A stretch of DNA of 64,000 nucleotides from Candidatus Krumholzibacteriia bacterium (GCA_041484665.1 JBGPIA010000003.1:96001-160000), one strand, 5' to 3'; numbered from the stretch's first letter, positions 52,172-61,937 are shown. A program made the numbers and translations. Notes: a model not told the origin generated them from the sequence alone.

Positions 52172-52215
52172 TTGATAATCGGAAGGAATGGAGTTGTCAA
52201 GCAAGGATGATGCCA
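52172..52215 (-). promoter_or_regulatory. Sigma54 motif abutting a sigma70-like -35 element
   Basis: Minus strand TGGCATCATCCTTGC (52215-52201; GG-N10-GC) followed directly by TTGACA (52200-52195)-N17-TATCAA, in an AT-rich patch. Confidence 0.65.
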
Positions 52216-52217
52216 GG

Positions 52218-53264
52218 TCAAGCGGATAGACCCGCGCGGAGGATATCGTGCATGTGGATCACGCCGGCCGGGCGGCCCAGCTCCACAATCACCAGTTGGG
52301 TGATGGGGCCAGGCTTGTTGTTCTCCATCTTGGTCAGGGCCACCCGCGCCAGGCAGCCAGCGTCCACGAGCTTGGGCTCGTGGCTCATGTACTCGCGGAC
52401 CGGACGCGCCATCGGATCGACGTCGCGCAGCAAGGCCCGTTTGTAGTCGCCGTCGGTGAGAAACCCCACGAGCAGCCCCTGACCGTCGACCACGCAGGCG
52501 CAGCCCAAGCGCTTCTGCGCGATCAGCAGGAGCGCCTCCCGCATCGGCATGTCCAGCTGGACGACTGGCAGCGCGTCGTCTCGGTGCATCAGGTCGGCGA
52601 CGGTGGTCCGAAGCGCCCGACCCAGCGCGCCGCTGGGATGGAACAGGGCGAAGTCTTCGCGCCGGAAGTCGCGCAGGCGCAAGAGCGTCACCGTCAACGC
52701 GTCGCCCATCACGGCCGCCGCGGTGGTGCTGGTGGTGGGAGTGAGATCCAGCGGGCAAACCTCGCGCGCAACGGCGATGTCCAGCGTCAGGTCGCAGGCG
52801 CGCGCCAGGGCGGACTGCACGTTGCCCGTGGCCACGATCGTCCGCAGCCCCAGCGCCTTCAGCGAGCTCGCCAGAACGAGCAGCTCCTCGTTGCCTCCGC
52901 TGCGGCTGAACGCCAACAGGATGTCCGCCGCCGTCGCGATTCCGATGTCGCCGTGGAGCGCCTCGACGGGGTGGATGAACAGCGCGGGCGTCCCCGTGCT
53001 GGTGAGCGTGGAGGCGACCTTGCGGGCGACGATGCCGCTCTTGCCCAGCCCCGTCACCAGCACGCGCCCTTCGCACGCGTAGAGCCAGCGGACCGCGGTG
53101 GCGAAGCGGGCATCGAGCCGCTCGCCCACGGCCCTCAAGGCGGCAGCCTCCTCCACGAACACGTCCCTGCCCAGGGCGACCAGCTGGTCGTCGGGCCAGC
53201 GTTGCGCACGTCCGGGCTCGCCGCGGCGCGGGGTAAGGCGGTTCAAGGAGGGCTCGGTGTGCAT
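52218..53264 (-). CDS. kdsD: Arabinose-5-phosphate isomerase (KpsF/GutQ family, SIS + 2 CBS)
   Basis: TGLGKSG, STGTPA, HPVEALHGDIG, PTTSTT, FHPSGALG, CBS pair. Start is ATG 53264 or 53366. Confidence 0.93.
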   Translation of the reverse strand: MHTEPSLNRLTPRRGEPGRAQRWPDDQLVALGRDVFVEEAAALRAVGERLDARFATAVRWLYACEGRVLVTGLGKSGIVARKVASTLTSTGTPALFIHPVEALHGDIGIATAADILLAFSRSGGNEELLVLASSLKALGLRTIVATGNVQSALARACDLTLDIAVAREVCPLDLTPTTSTTAAAVMGDALTVTLLRLRDFRREDFALFHPSGALGRALRTTVADLMHRDDALPVVQLDMPMREALLLIAQKRLGCACVVDGQGLLVGFLTDGDYKRALLRDVDPMARPVREYMSHEPKLVDAGCLARVALTKMENNKPGPITQLVIVELGRPAGVIHMHDILRAGLSA

Positions 53265-53317
53265 GGGATCCGCCGGGTTCGTGAGGCTCGTGGCGCTCGC
53301 CGGATCCGGCGGACCCT

Positions 53318-53878
53318 TCAGCGCGGCGCCGCGGTCGGCGTCAGGTGATAACGGCGTTGCACCCATTCCCAGTCTCCCCGGGATTGCAGGATCGTCTCGC
53401 AGGCCTCGCGCACCGCTCCCCGCCCGCCGCGGGAGCGCAGCACGCGCTGGACGCGCGCACGCACGCGAGGATCGGAGTCGCAGGGCGCCAGGCTCAACCC
53501 CGCCAACAACAGCATCGGCAGGTCGACGATGTCGTCGCCGATGGCTGCGATGGCCCCGGGCGGCAGCCCCCAGGCCGCGGCGACCTCGTGCAGCGCCTGC
53601 GCCTTGTCCAGGCGGCCGGTCAGGCACGGATCGACGTGCAGGTCGCGCGCGCGTGCGCCGATGACGGGGCTGGTGCGGCCGCTGACGATGGCCAGCTTCA
53701 CTCCAGCGTCGTGCAGCAAGGCCAGGCCCAGGCCGTCGCGGGAGTGGAAGGCCTTGAGCGCCTCACCGTCGGGCCCGTAGTACAGCCGCCCATCGGTGAG
53801 TACGCCGTCGACGTCCATCACCAACCCCTCGATCCGCGCGGAAGGCGACGTGCCACTCGCTGTGCCGGGAGCGCTCAT
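53318..53878 (-). CDS. kdsC: KDO 8-phosphate phosphatase (HAD family)
   Basis: DVDGVLTDG, RDGLG, IGDDIVDLP, GGRGAVRE. Confidence 0.94.
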   Translation of the reverse strand: MSAPGTASGTSPSARIEGLVMDVDGVLTDGRLYYGPDGEALKAFHSRDGLGLALLHDAGVKLAIVSGRTSPVIGARARDLHVDPCLTGRLDKAQALHEVAAAWGLPPGAIAAIGDDIVDLPMLLLAGLSLAPCDSDPRVRARVQRVLRSRGGRGAVREACETILQSRGDWEWVQRRYHLTPTAAPR

Positions 53879-54729
53879 GGCGCGGCGCCAAGGCGGTGCT
53901 CCGCCACGCGCCGGTGCAGGTCGACCACGAACGGCAACCAGCTCTCCAGCGAGTCCAGCGGCAGCTGCGTCGACGCGTCGGACAGGGCGCGTGCGGGGTC
54001 GGGGTGGGCCTCCAGGAAGAGCCCGTCGACACCGGCCGCCACCGCAGCGCGCGCCATCATCGGCGCGAGCTGCGGCGTCCCGCCTGAGGTGTTCCCACCG
54101 CCGCTGGGGCGCTGCAGTGAGTGCGTGACGTCGAACACCCACGGCCAGCCCAGCGCGTGCGCGACGGCGAAGCCGCGGAAATCCACCACCAGATCGTGGT
54201 AGCCGAAGCTCGTGCCGCGCTCCGTGAGCAGCAGGTCGTGGCAGCCCGCCGCCTGCAGCTTGTCCACCACGTGGCGCAGGTCGTCGGGCGCCAGGAACTG
54301 GCCTTTCTTGACGTTGACGGCGCAGCCGCTGGCGCCGGCGGCCTCCAGCAACCGCGTCTGGCGACTGAGGAAGGCCGGGATCTGCAGGACATCGACGCCG
54401 GCCTGCGCCGCCATCTGCGCCTCGTCGGTTTGGTGCACGTCGGTGAGCACCGGGCAGCCCACCTCACGTTTGACTCGTTGCAGCACCGCCAACCCCTCCG
54501 GCGCACCAGGGCCGCGGGGGCTGTCGCCGCGGGTGCGATTGTCCTTGAGGAAGCTGGACTTGAACACCAGCGCGATGGAGAGCCGCCGTGCCAGGCGCGC
54601 CAGCGTGTCGGCCACGCGCAGCGTCTCGTCGCTGTCCTCGATCACGCAGGGCCCGGCAATGAGCAGCAGTGGCGCGCCGCCGCCAACGCGCAGCTCGCCG
54701 ATGCGGATCTGACGCGCGCTCGTGGCCAC
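53875..54729 (-). CDS. kdsA: KDO 8-phosphate synthase
   Basis: IAGPCVIE, LTDVH, QIPAFLSRQT, NVKKGQF, ERGTSFGY, FDVTHSLQ, EAHPDP..A.SD. Confidence 0.95.
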   Translation of the reverse strand: MATSARQIRIGELRVGGGAPLLLIAGPCVIEDSDETLRVADTLARLARRLSIALVFKSSFLKDNRTRGDSPRGPGAPEGLAVLQRVKREVGCPVLTDVHQTDEAQMAAQAGVDVLQIPAFLSRQTRLLEAAGASGCAVNVKKGQFLAPDDLRHVVDKLQAAGCHDLLLTERGTSFGYHDLVVDFRGFAVAHALGWPWVFDVTHSLQRPSGGGNTSGGTPQLAPMMARAAVAAGVDGLFLEAHPDPARALSDASTQLPLDSLESWLPFVVDLHRRVAEHRLGAAP

Positions 54730-54741
54730 CGTGTCGCCTCG

Positions 54742-56415
54742 CTAGCTCTCCTCGCGGCCCGCCGCGAGCGTCCGCCGCGCGTCGCGGCAGTGCACCGCCG
54801 CGCCCACTAGCCCCGTGAACAGCGGATGCTGCCGCTCCGGGCGGCTCTTGAGCTCGGGGTGGAACTGGACGGCGATGAAGAAGGGGTGGGAGGGCAGCTC
54901 GATGATCTCCACCAGGCGCTCGTCGGGGGAGATCCCGCTGATCACCAGCCCCGCGCGCTGCAGCGGCTCACGATAGAGGTTGTTGACCTCCCAACGGTGG
55001 CGGTGCCGCTCGTGGATCAGCTCGTCCTTGTAGAGGCGCGACGCGAGGCTGCCGGCACGCAGCTGAGCCGGGTAGCTGCCCAGGCGCATGGTGCCGCCCA
55101 GGTCCTCCACGCCGTGCTGCTCGCTCAGCAGCGCGATCACGGGATCGGGCGTGTACTGGTCCCACTCGGTGGAGCTGGCCTTGCGCAGACCGAGGATGGA
55201 GCGCGCGTACTCGATGACCGCCAGTTGCATGCCGAAGCAGATCCCCAGGAAGGGAATGCGTTGCTCGCGGGCGTACTTGATGGCGGCGATCTTGCCCTCC
55301 ACCCCGCGCTCGCCGAACCCGCCGGGAATGAGCAGGCCGTCCACGCGGGAAAGGTGCACCGCAGGTCCGTCGTCCTGCACGGCCTCCGCCGAGATCCACT
55401 CCGGCTCTACGCGCACGTTGTGGCTGACCCCGGCGTGGACGAACGCCTCCACGATGCTCTTGTAGGCGTCCTTGAGGCCGGTGTACTTGCCCACCACCCC
55501 GATGCGGACCGTGGTCGGAGCGTTGTAGATGCTGTCCACCAGTTCCCGCCAACGGGTCAGTTCGGCCCGGCCCTGCGGCAGCTCGAGGTGCTCGCAGACC
55601 AGGTCGTCGAGGTCCTGCGCCTCGAAGCGCAGGGGCACCTCGTAGATCGAGTCCACGTTGCGCGCGTCGATCACGTGACCCTCGTCGACGTTGCAGAAGA
55701 GCGCGATCTTCTTGCTCACATCCGAGGGCAGGCCCGTGTCGCAGCGGCACAACAGGATGTCGGGCTGGATCCCGATGGCGCGCAGCTCCTTGACAGAGTG
55801 CTGCGTGGGCTTGGTCTTGAGCTCACCGGCCGAGTCGATCCAGGGCACCAGCGTCAGGTGGATGAACAACGTCTTGTGCGGCCCCAGCTCCAGCCGCAGC
55901 TGGCGCAACGCCTCGAGGTACGGCAGCGATTCGATGTCGCCCACCGTGCCGCCCACCTCGGTGATCACCACGTCGCAGGGCCCTCCGTCGGCCATGCGCG
56001 TGGCAGGCAGCTTGATGCGGTGCTTGATCTCGTCGGTGACGTGGGGAATGACCTGTACGGTGCGGCCCAGGTACTCACCACGGCGCTCGCGGGCGATGAT
56101 CGCGTCGTAGATCTGGCCGCTGGTGACATTGTGGATGCGCTGGAGGCTCTCATCGATGAAGCGCTCGTAGTGGCCGAGGTCCAGATCGGTCTCGGCGCCG
56201 TCGTCGGTGACGAACACCTCCCCGTGCTGGAAGGGGTTCATCGTGCCCGGGTCCACGTTGAGGTACGGATCGAACTTCTGCAGCACCACGCGCAGTCCGC
56301 GCGCTTTGAGCAGCTTGCCCAGTGACGCGGTGGCGATCCCCTTGCCGAGGCTGGAGACGACCCCTCCGGTGACGAAGATGTACCGGGTCGACGGGGCGCT
56401 CGCGGCACTGGTCAT
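54742..56415 (-). CDS. pyrG: CTP synthase
   Basis: FVTGGVVSSLGKG, DPYLNVDPGTM, KTKPTQHSV, GICFGMQ, ERHRHR, QFHPE. Confidence 0.98.
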   Translation of the reverse strand: MTSAASAPSTRYIFVTGGVVSSLGKGIATASLGKLLKARGLRVVLQKFDPYLNVDPGTMNPFQHGEVFVTDDGAETDLDLGHYERFIDESLQRIHNVTSGQIYDAIIARERRGEYLGRTVQVIPHVTDEIKHRIKLPATRMADGGPCDVVITEVGGTVGDIESLPYLEALRQLRLELGPHKTLFIHLTLVPWIDSAGELKTKPTQHSVKELRAIGIQPDILLCRCDTGLPSDVSKKIALFCNVDEGHVIDARNVDSIYEVPLRFEAQDLDDLVCEHLELPQGRAELTRWRELVDSIYNAPTTVRIGVVGKYTGLKDAYKSIVEAFVHAGVSHNVRVEPEWISAEAVQDDGPAVHLSRVDGLLIPGGFGERGVEGKIAAIKYAREQRIPFLGICFGMQLAVIEYARSILGLRKASSTEWDQYTPDPVIALLSEQHGVEDLGGTMRLGSYPAQLRAGSLASRLYKDELIHERHRHRWEVNNLYREPLQRAGLVISGISPDERLVEIIELPSHPFFIAVQFHPELKSRPERQHPLFTGLVGAAVHCRDARRTLAAGREES

Positions 56416-56469
56416 GTTCGCCTCCTGAGGGCCAGCAGACGTGCATGGGCGAAGGGCGGGCTCGCGGCG

Positions 56470-57264
56470 TCAGCCTACATCACGCCCTGCCCCCGCGCCA
56501 CCCCAGGCGCCGCCGGCCAGAAGGGCCGCGCAGCGCGCCAGATCCTCGGGCGTGTCCACGCCCAGCGGGATGCTCTCGACGATGCCGACCACGATCACCT
56601 CGCCCAACTCGAGCAGCCGCAGCTGCTCGAGCCCCTCGGCCAGCTCCAGGGGCGTGGGCGGCCGGCTCAGGAAGCGCTCGAGCGCCGCGCGCCGGAACCC
56701 GTAGACACCCACATGGCGTAACGCGGGGGCAGCGGGACGCCCGGCCGTGGGATGCCGCCCCGGGATCGGCGCGCGCGAGAAGTACAACGCCCGCCCGGCG
56801 GCGTCGATCACGACCTTGACCACGTTGGGATCCAGGTGGTGCGCGCTCCCAGCCGCGAGCGGGCAGGCCAGCGTGCTGGCCGCGGCGTGTGGCGCGGCCT
56901 CCAGCAGCTCCACCAGCCGATCGATGGCATCGGGCGGCACGAGCGGCTCGTCGCCTTGGACATTGAGCACGATCGACTCGGCGCGCCGGGCGATCGCCTC
57001 GCCGATGCGGTCCGTTCCTGTGGGATGGTCGGGGCGGGTCATGGCCACCTGCGCCCCGGCAGCGCGGGCGGCCGCCGCGATGCCGGCGTGGTCGGTCGCC
57101 ACCAGCACGACGCCGACGCGCTGCGCGCGTAGCGCCTGCGCCACAACGTGGGCGATGAGGGGGCGGCCAGCCAGGGGCGCGAGGGCCTTCCCCGGGAAGC
57201 GCGAACTCCCATGGCGAGCGGGGATCACCGCCACGACATCGTCCGCAGCAATGCGTTGCGCCAT
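56470..57264 (-). CDS. kdsB: CMP-KDO synthetase
   Basis: IPARHGSSRFPGK.L, TGTDR, NVQGDEP, ALYFSR, LEQLR, VDTPEDL. Confidence 0.95.
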   Translation of the reverse strand: MAQRIAADDVVAVIPARHGSSRFPGKALAPLAGRPLIAHVVAQALRAQRVGVVLVATDHAGIAAAARAAGAQVAMTRPDHPTGTDRIGEAIARRAESIVLNVQGDEPLVPPDAIDRLVELLEAAPHAAASTLACPLAAGSAHHLDPNVVKVVIDAAGRALYFSRAPIPGRHPTAGRPAAPALRHVGVYGFRRAALERFLSRPPTPLELAEGLEQLRLLELGEVIVVGIVESIPLGVDTPEDLARCAALLAGGAWGGAGAGRDVG

Positions 57265-57400
57265 CGCCGGCGCGGTCACCGGTGCGGCGTCCGGGGACCC
57301 CGCCGCGCCGCGCGGCCGGCGCGATGTGCTCACCGCGGCTCCTTCCGCAAGCGTGGCGGCCGCCTGGGGGAGAGGCGGTGCCGGACCCGTCTCAAACCGA

Positions 57401-57427
57401 GCCGCCCACCCGGAGGGGGTGGGCGGC
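57401..57427 (-). terminator. Hairpin downstream of rpmA
   Basis: GCCGCCCACCC-N5-GGGTGGGCGGC 11-bp stem, followed on the minus strand by TCGGTTT. Confidence 0.6.
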
Positions 57428-57451
57428 GTCGTGGATGCTCGCTGTGTCGGC

Positions 57452-57709
57452 TCATCCCTGCGGGACAATGTGGACCCTGCGCCGGTCCTTCCCCCACCGC
57501 TCGTACAGCACCGTCCCGGTGATGCGCGCGAAGAGGGTGTCGTCCTTCCCCTTGCCGACATTGCGGCCGGGGTGGATGCGGGTGCCGCGCTGGCGCACGA
57601 GGATGCTGCCCGCGGAGACCATCTCCCCGCCGTAGCTCTTGACCCCCAGGCGTTGCGCGTTGCTCTCGCGCCCGTTGCGACTGCTGCCGGCGCCTTTCTT
57701 GTGGGCCAT
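57452..57709 (-). CDS. rpmA: 50S ribosomal protein L27
   Basis: [16 protein letters not shown]...[10 protein letters not shown]...DDTLFA. Confidence 0.98.
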   Translation of the reverse strand: MAHKKGAGSSRNGRESNAQRLGVKSYGGEMVSAGSILVRQRGTRIHPGRNVGKGKDDTLFARITGTVLYERWGKDRRRVHIVPQG

Positions 57710-57727
57710 GACGTCGACCTCCTGTCG

Positions 57728-58051
57728 CTAGGCCGTAATCGAGGTGATACGGATGGCCGTATAGGACTGCCGGTGCCCGTTGCGCTTCTGATAGCGCTTC
57801 CGCCGCCGCTTGTGGAAGACGATGATCTTCTCGTCGCGGCCGTGGGCCAGCACCGTGGCGGCCACCTTGGCGCCCGGCACCGTCGGCGAGCCGATCTTGA
57901 CGGAGTCCCCCGCGCCCACCATCAGCACCTCGTCGAACTCCACGCTGTCCCCGGGCGTTGCGGTGAGCAGCGGAACGTGGAGCACCTCGTTCTCCGCCAC
58001 CCGGAACTGCATCGCCTTGATGCGGACCACTGCATTCGTGTGCGGCGCCAT
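57728..58051 (-). CDS. rplU: 50S ribosomal protein L21
   Basis: QFRV, IGSPTVPGAKV, KIIVFHKRRRKRY..GHRQSYT. Confidence 0.97.
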   Translation of the reverse strand: MAPHTNAVVRIKAMQFRVAENEVLHVPLLTATPGDSVEFDEVLMVGAGDSVKIGSPTVPGAKVAATVLAHGRDEKIIVFHKRRRKRYQKRNGHRQSYTAIRITSITA

Positions 58052-58080
58052 GACTTCGGTCCTCTCTTAGGAAACGCTGA

Positions 58081-58109
58081 AAGCTACCATCGACCCCGCC
58101 GGGCGTCAA
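58081..58109 (-). promoter_or_regulatory. Sigma70-type promoter for rplU-rpmA
   Basis: TTGACG(58109-04)-N17-TAGCTT(58086-81) with an extended TG. Confidence 0.7.
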
Positions 58110-58298
58110 GTCGGCGGGCCGGGCGTTGGATCGGCGAGCCTGGCGTTCCGTCGCCGGGCCGGTCGGAGCAGCGGGCCGCGAGCCCGGGCTTGCCTCGACC
58201 GCCTCCGTGCGTTAGCTAGGGAGGTCGTGCGACCAGCGGCCCGACGGGGGGCCGTGGCCGACCTGGACATCCGGTTTTGGGAAGGCAGGGAGCTGGTC

Positions 58299-59243
58299 AT
58301 GAGCAAGGCGGTAGCGGGCGTGGAGAAGTGCGCGGTGATCGGCTCGGGTCCGGCGGGGCTCACGGCAGCGCTCTACCTGGCGCGCGCCAACCTGACACCG
58401 GTGGTGTTCGAGGGTCAGCAGCCCGGTGGCCAGCTCACCATCACGACCGACGTGGAGAACTATCCGGGCTTCCCCGAGGGGATCCAGGGGCCCGAGCTCA
58501 TGGAGAAGTTCCGCGCGCAGGCCCGCCGCTTTGGCGCCCGCTGTGAGTGGCACACGGTCACTGCCGCGGATTTCGCTGGGCGCCCGTTCACCCTCACGCT
58601 GGACGACGGCACCTCCGTCCGCGCCCAGACGGTGGTCTGCGCCACCGGCAGCAGCGCCAAGTGGTTGGGGATCGACAGCGAACGCCGCCTGCAGGGCAAG
58701 GGCGTGTCGGCGTGCGCCACCTGCGATGCCTTCTTCTTCAAGAACGAGATCGTCGCCGTGGTGGGTGGCGGCGACACCGCCATGGAGGAGTCGATGTTCC
58801 TCACCAAGTTCGCCAGCAAGGTGATCGTGGTGCACCGGCGCGATCACCTGCGAGCGAGCAAGGTCATGCAGGATCGGGCGCGCCGCAACGAGAAGATCGA
58901 GTTGCGGTGGAACCAGGAGGTCGTCGAGGTCCTCGGCTCCGAGAAGGTCCAGGGAATCCGCGTGCGCGACATCCAGAGCGGTAAGGAATCCACCGTGGCC
59001 TGCGGGGGGCTGTTCCTGGCGATCGGGCACACTCCCAACACGGCGATCTTCAAGGGTCAGCTCGACATGGACGCCGTGGGCTACCTCAAGACCCACGACG
59101 AGGTCCTCACCAACATCGAGGGCGTGTTCGCCGCCGGTGATGTGGCCGACCACGTGTACCGGCAGGCCGTGACAGCCGCCGGCTCGGGCTGCGCCGCTGC
59201 GATGCGGGCGGAGCGCTGGCTGGCCGAGCAGGGGATCGAGTAG
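58299..59243 (+). CDS. trxB: Thioredoxin reductase
   Basis: [47 protein letters not shown]. Confidence 0.97.
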   Translation: MSKAVAGVEKCAVIGSGPAGLTAALYLARANLTPVVFEGQQPGGQLTITTDVENYPGFPEGIQGPELMEKFRAQARRFGARCEWHTVTAADFAGRPFTLTLDDGTSVRAQTVVCATGSSAKWLGIDSERRLQGKGVSACATCDAFFFKNEIVAVVGGGDTAMEESMFLTKFASKVIVVHRRDHLRASKVMQDRARRNEKIELRWNQEVVEVLGSEKVQGIRVRDIQSGKESTVACGGLFLAIGHTPNTAIFKGQLDMDAVGYLKTHDEVLTNIEGVFAAGDVADHVYRQAVTAAGSGCAAAMRAERWLAEQGIE

Positions 59244-59320
59244 GCGAATGACTGTCCGCGCCGCGCGGAGCCCCCGCCGCGGTCCGCGCGCGCCACGGCG
59301 CGGGCGCCGCCGCTCGTGCC

Positions 59321-59863
59321 TTACAGCTTGATCAGGCTGAGGAACTCGTGGCGCGTGGCCTGGTTGGCCCGGAAGTCGCCGAGCATCTCACTGGTCAGCG
59401 CCTGGCTGTTCTGCTTTTCCACCCCGCGCATCATCATGCACAGGTGCTGGGCGCGCATCACCACGGCCACGCCCTTGGGGTTGAGGTGCTGCTCCAGGCA
59501 CTGGGCGACCTCGCTGGTCAGGCGCTCCTGCACCTGTAGCCGCCGCGCGAAGACCTCCACGATGCGGGCCAGCTTGCTCAGGCCGATGATCTTGCCATCG
59601 GGGAGGTAGGCTACGTGCGCGCGGCCGAAGAACGGCAGCAGGTGATGCTCGCACAGGCTGAAGAAGTCGATGTCGCGCACGACCACCATCTCGCGATTGT
59701 CCGACTCGAACACCGCGCCGTTGATCTCGTCCTCCAGGTCGGCCCGGTAGCCGGCCGTCAGGAATGCCATCGACTTGGCGACGCGCTCGGGCGTTTTGAG
59801 CAGCCCCTCGCGCTGCGGGTCCTCGCCGAGCTCGCGCAGCATCTGCCGGATGAGCTCCTCCAT
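59321..59863 (-). CDS. folE: GTP cyclohydrolase I
   Basis: [51 protein letters not shown]. Confidence 0.97.
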   Translation of the reverse strand: MEELIRQMLRELGEDPQREGLLKTPERVAKSMAFLTAGYRADLEDEINGAVFESDNREMVVVRDIDFFSLCEHHLLPFFGRAHVAYLPDGKIIGLSKLARIVEVFARRLQVQERLTSEVAQCLEQHLNPKGVAVVMRAQHLCMMMRGVEKQNSQALTSEMLGDFRANQATRHEFLSLIKL

Positions 59864-59866
59864 GGA

Positions 59867-60346
59867 TCACCTGCCTGTCGTCTCGAAGCGGTTGTTGCGC
59901 GTCTCCAGCACGTGGAGGCGGACCAGCCGCGCGCCGTCCGGCAGGCGCGGCGCGATCCAGCTCCAGAAGACACGCGCAAGGTTCTCACCGGTGGTCACGA
60001 CGTCGATCACGTCGTTGAGGTTGTAGTGATCGACGCGCATCAGCAGATGCTCGTGGACCAGTGCGTCGAGCTCGGCGCGGCCGATCAGCAGGCCCGTGCG
60101 CGGGTCCGCAGCGCCCTCGAGGGTCACCGCGATCTCGTAGTTGTGGCCGTGCCCGCCCGGCCGGCTGCACTTGCCGAAGACACGGGTATTCTCCGCGTCG
60201 CTAAGCCGCGCGCTCACCAGGCGGTGCGCCGCCTCGAAGCGGTAGACGCGCGTCAGGCGTACCGTCGGCGCGAAGGCAGCCACCGCAGGAGTTGTCATGG
60301 ACGGGCGCGCCGCGGGGACGCCCAACGGCCGCGCTTGCCCGCTCAT
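59867..60346 (-). CDS. 6-pyruvoyltetrahydropterin synthase family protein (copy 2)
   Basis: FEAAHRL, GKCSRPGGHGHNY, DPRTG, VDHYNLN, TGEN, ET. Start is ATG 60346 (ATGA overlap) or 60298. Confidence 0.9.
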   Translation of the reverse strand: MSGQARPLGVPAARPSMTTPAVAAFAPTVRLTRVYRFEAAHRLVSARLSDAENTRVFGKCSRPGGHGHNYEIAVTLEGAADPRTGLLIGRAELDALVHEHLLMRVDHYNLNDVIDVVTTGENLARVFWSWIAPRLPDGARLVRLHVLETRNNRFETTGR

Positions 60347-60780
60347 CCCTCGCCTCCGCCGGCTTCGGCGTAGAGATCCTCGCTCTCCCACACGCGCACG
60401 CGCAGCAGCCGCGCGCCTTGCAGCTGCGCCGCCAACGGACGTAGCTCGGCCATCACATGGAGCGCCAGATTCTCACAGGTGGGAACCACGGTCCTGAAGT
60501 GGGGGACATCGAGGTTGAGGAATGTGTGGTCCAGCGGCTGGACGACGCGCTCCTTGAGCAGGCGATCGAGGTCGGCCAGGTTCATGACCATCCCAGTGAC
60601 CGGATCGACCGCGCCCTCCAGGGTGACGTCTACGCGGTAATTGTGGCCGTGGCCGTGCGGAGAATTGCAGGCGCCGAAGACGCGGCGGTTCTCCTCGTCC
60701 GACAGTGCGGGGGTGTGGTAGCGGTGCGCGGCGGAGAAGCGCACCGTGCGCGTGATGCGGGCGGTCGTGGGGAGGGTCAC
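60343..60780 (-). CDS. 6-pyruvoyltetrahydropterin synthase family protein (copy 1)
   Basis: FSAAHRY, GACNSPHGHGHNY, DPVTGMVMN, LDHTFLN, PTCENLA, WES; GTG start with GAGGAG RBS. Confidence 0.92.
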   Translation of the reverse strand: MTLPTTARITRTVRFSAAHRYHTPALSDEENRRVFGACNSPHGHGHNYRVDVTLEGAVDPVTGMVMNLADLDRLLKERVVQPLDHTFLNLDVPHFRTVVPTCENLALHVMAELRPLAAQLQGARLLRVRVWESEDLYAEAGGGEG

Positions 60781-61009
60781 GCCAACTCCTCGACGGCAGC
60801 AGATCCGTGCGCGCCGGCGCCAGGCAGGAGGCACGGTGATCGGCAGCCGGCGTCCATCCGGTGCGGCGACCACGCGCGGATCCGGTGCCCGGCCTGGGCG
60901 CCGGTGCTTGGGCCGCGCGCGGGACCGCGAAACGATACCGAGGGCGCAGCCGGTCCGCCACGGGGCGCGCGGGGCGCGCGCCGGCGCTGCGCGCGCGGCG
61001 GCCTTGCTC

Positions 61010-61741
61010 TCAAGCCAGACCGATGCCGCCGTCCACGTTGAGCACGGCGCCGGTGGTCCAGCCCGAGCGGTCGCTGGCGAGGAAGAGGATCGCGTCCGCG
61101 ACCTCCTCGGCGCGGCCAACACGGCCCAGCGGGTGCATGGGCGCCATGGCGTCCAGCCGTCCGCGGTCGGAATGGATCGGGGTGTCGACCACGCCCGGCG
61201 CGACCGCGACGACACGGATGCCATCCTTGGCCCACTCCAGCGCCAGGCATTGCGTCAGCGACAAGAGCGCGGCCTTGCTGGCGCTGTAGGCAGCGGTCCC
61301 GGCCACCGGGCGCTGCGCCAGGTTGGTGAGGACGTTCACGATGACGCCGTGGCCCGAACGCTTCAGGTCGATGTAGGCCTCGCGACAGAGCAGGAACGGG
61401 CCGGTCGAGTTGACCGCGAGATGCTCCTGCCATGACTCGAGAGTGCACGCAGCGGCGGGCGCCGGCTGGAACAACCCCGCGTTGTTGACCAGGACGTCGA
61501 GGCCGCCCAGCTGGTCGCGGCAGGCGGCAACGAGTCGCGCGACGTCTTCTTGCTGCGTGATGTCCGCGCCGACGGCGAGTGCGCGCCCACCCGCCTGCTC
61601 GATGTCGGCGGCCATCGCCGCGAGCGGCTCGCGCCGGCGTCCCGCGAGCGCCACGCGGGCGCCTTCGCGCGCAAACGCGCGCGCCGCGGCTGCGCCAACG
61701 CCGCTGCCGGCGCCCGTGATCAATGCAACACGGCCGTGCAA
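61010..61741 (-). CDS. Short-chain dehydrogenase/reductase (classical SDR)
   Basis: TGAGSGVG, NNAG, YSASK, PG.VDT; TTG start with GGAGG RBS. Confidence 0.92.
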   Translation of the reverse strand: MHGRVALITGAGSGVGAAAARAFAREGARVALAGRRREPLAAMAADIEQAGGRALAVGADITQQEDVARLVAACRDQLGGLDVLVNNAGLFQPAPAAACTLESWQEHLAVNSTGPFLLCREAYIDLKRSGHGVIVNVLTNLAQRPVAGTAAYSASKAALLSLTQCLALEWAKDGIRVVAVAPGVVDTPIHSDRGRLDAMAPMHPLGRVGRAEEVADAILFLASDRSGWTTGAVLNVDGGIGLA

Positions 61742-61910
61742 TGTAGGCCTCCATTCCGCCGGAATATGGGGCTCTTGGCGCAGCGGGCTACGCGCCCTCC
61801 ATCAGGCCGGCCCGCGGGACGTCAGCGCCATCGTTCCCCGTCTTGCCCCCGCCTGCCTCGCCATCCCCGGAAAAGACCCCCGCTTGGGGCGGGAGGGGGC
61901 CATTCGGTCG

Positions 61911-61927
61911 CGGGCACGGCCATTGCT
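61911..61927 (+). promoter_or_regulatory. Putative sigma54 promoter
   Basis: CGGGCACGGCCATTGCT: GG(61913-14)-N10-GC(61925-26). Confidence 0.65.
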
Positions 61928-61937
61928 GAATTCGCCC

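Noticed and set aside
52172..52190. Fur-box-like GATAATC
   Set aside because: Only a half-site, without the palindromic 19-bp context.
57452..58051. Absence of the prp (ysxB) protease gene between rplU and rpmA
   Set aside because: Ordinary: L27 starts MAHKK with no N-terminal extension, so no protease is needed.
59250..59315. GC-rich palindromes between convergent trxB and folE (similar ones at 21600-21670 and 60960-61005)
   Set aside because: Imperfect, almost pure G/C and expected by chance at this composition; no U-tract.
59867..60780. Annotation of the two PTPS genes as queD
   Set aside because: Both have C-x5-HGH rather than the C-x3-HGH of QueD, and no que genes are adjacent.
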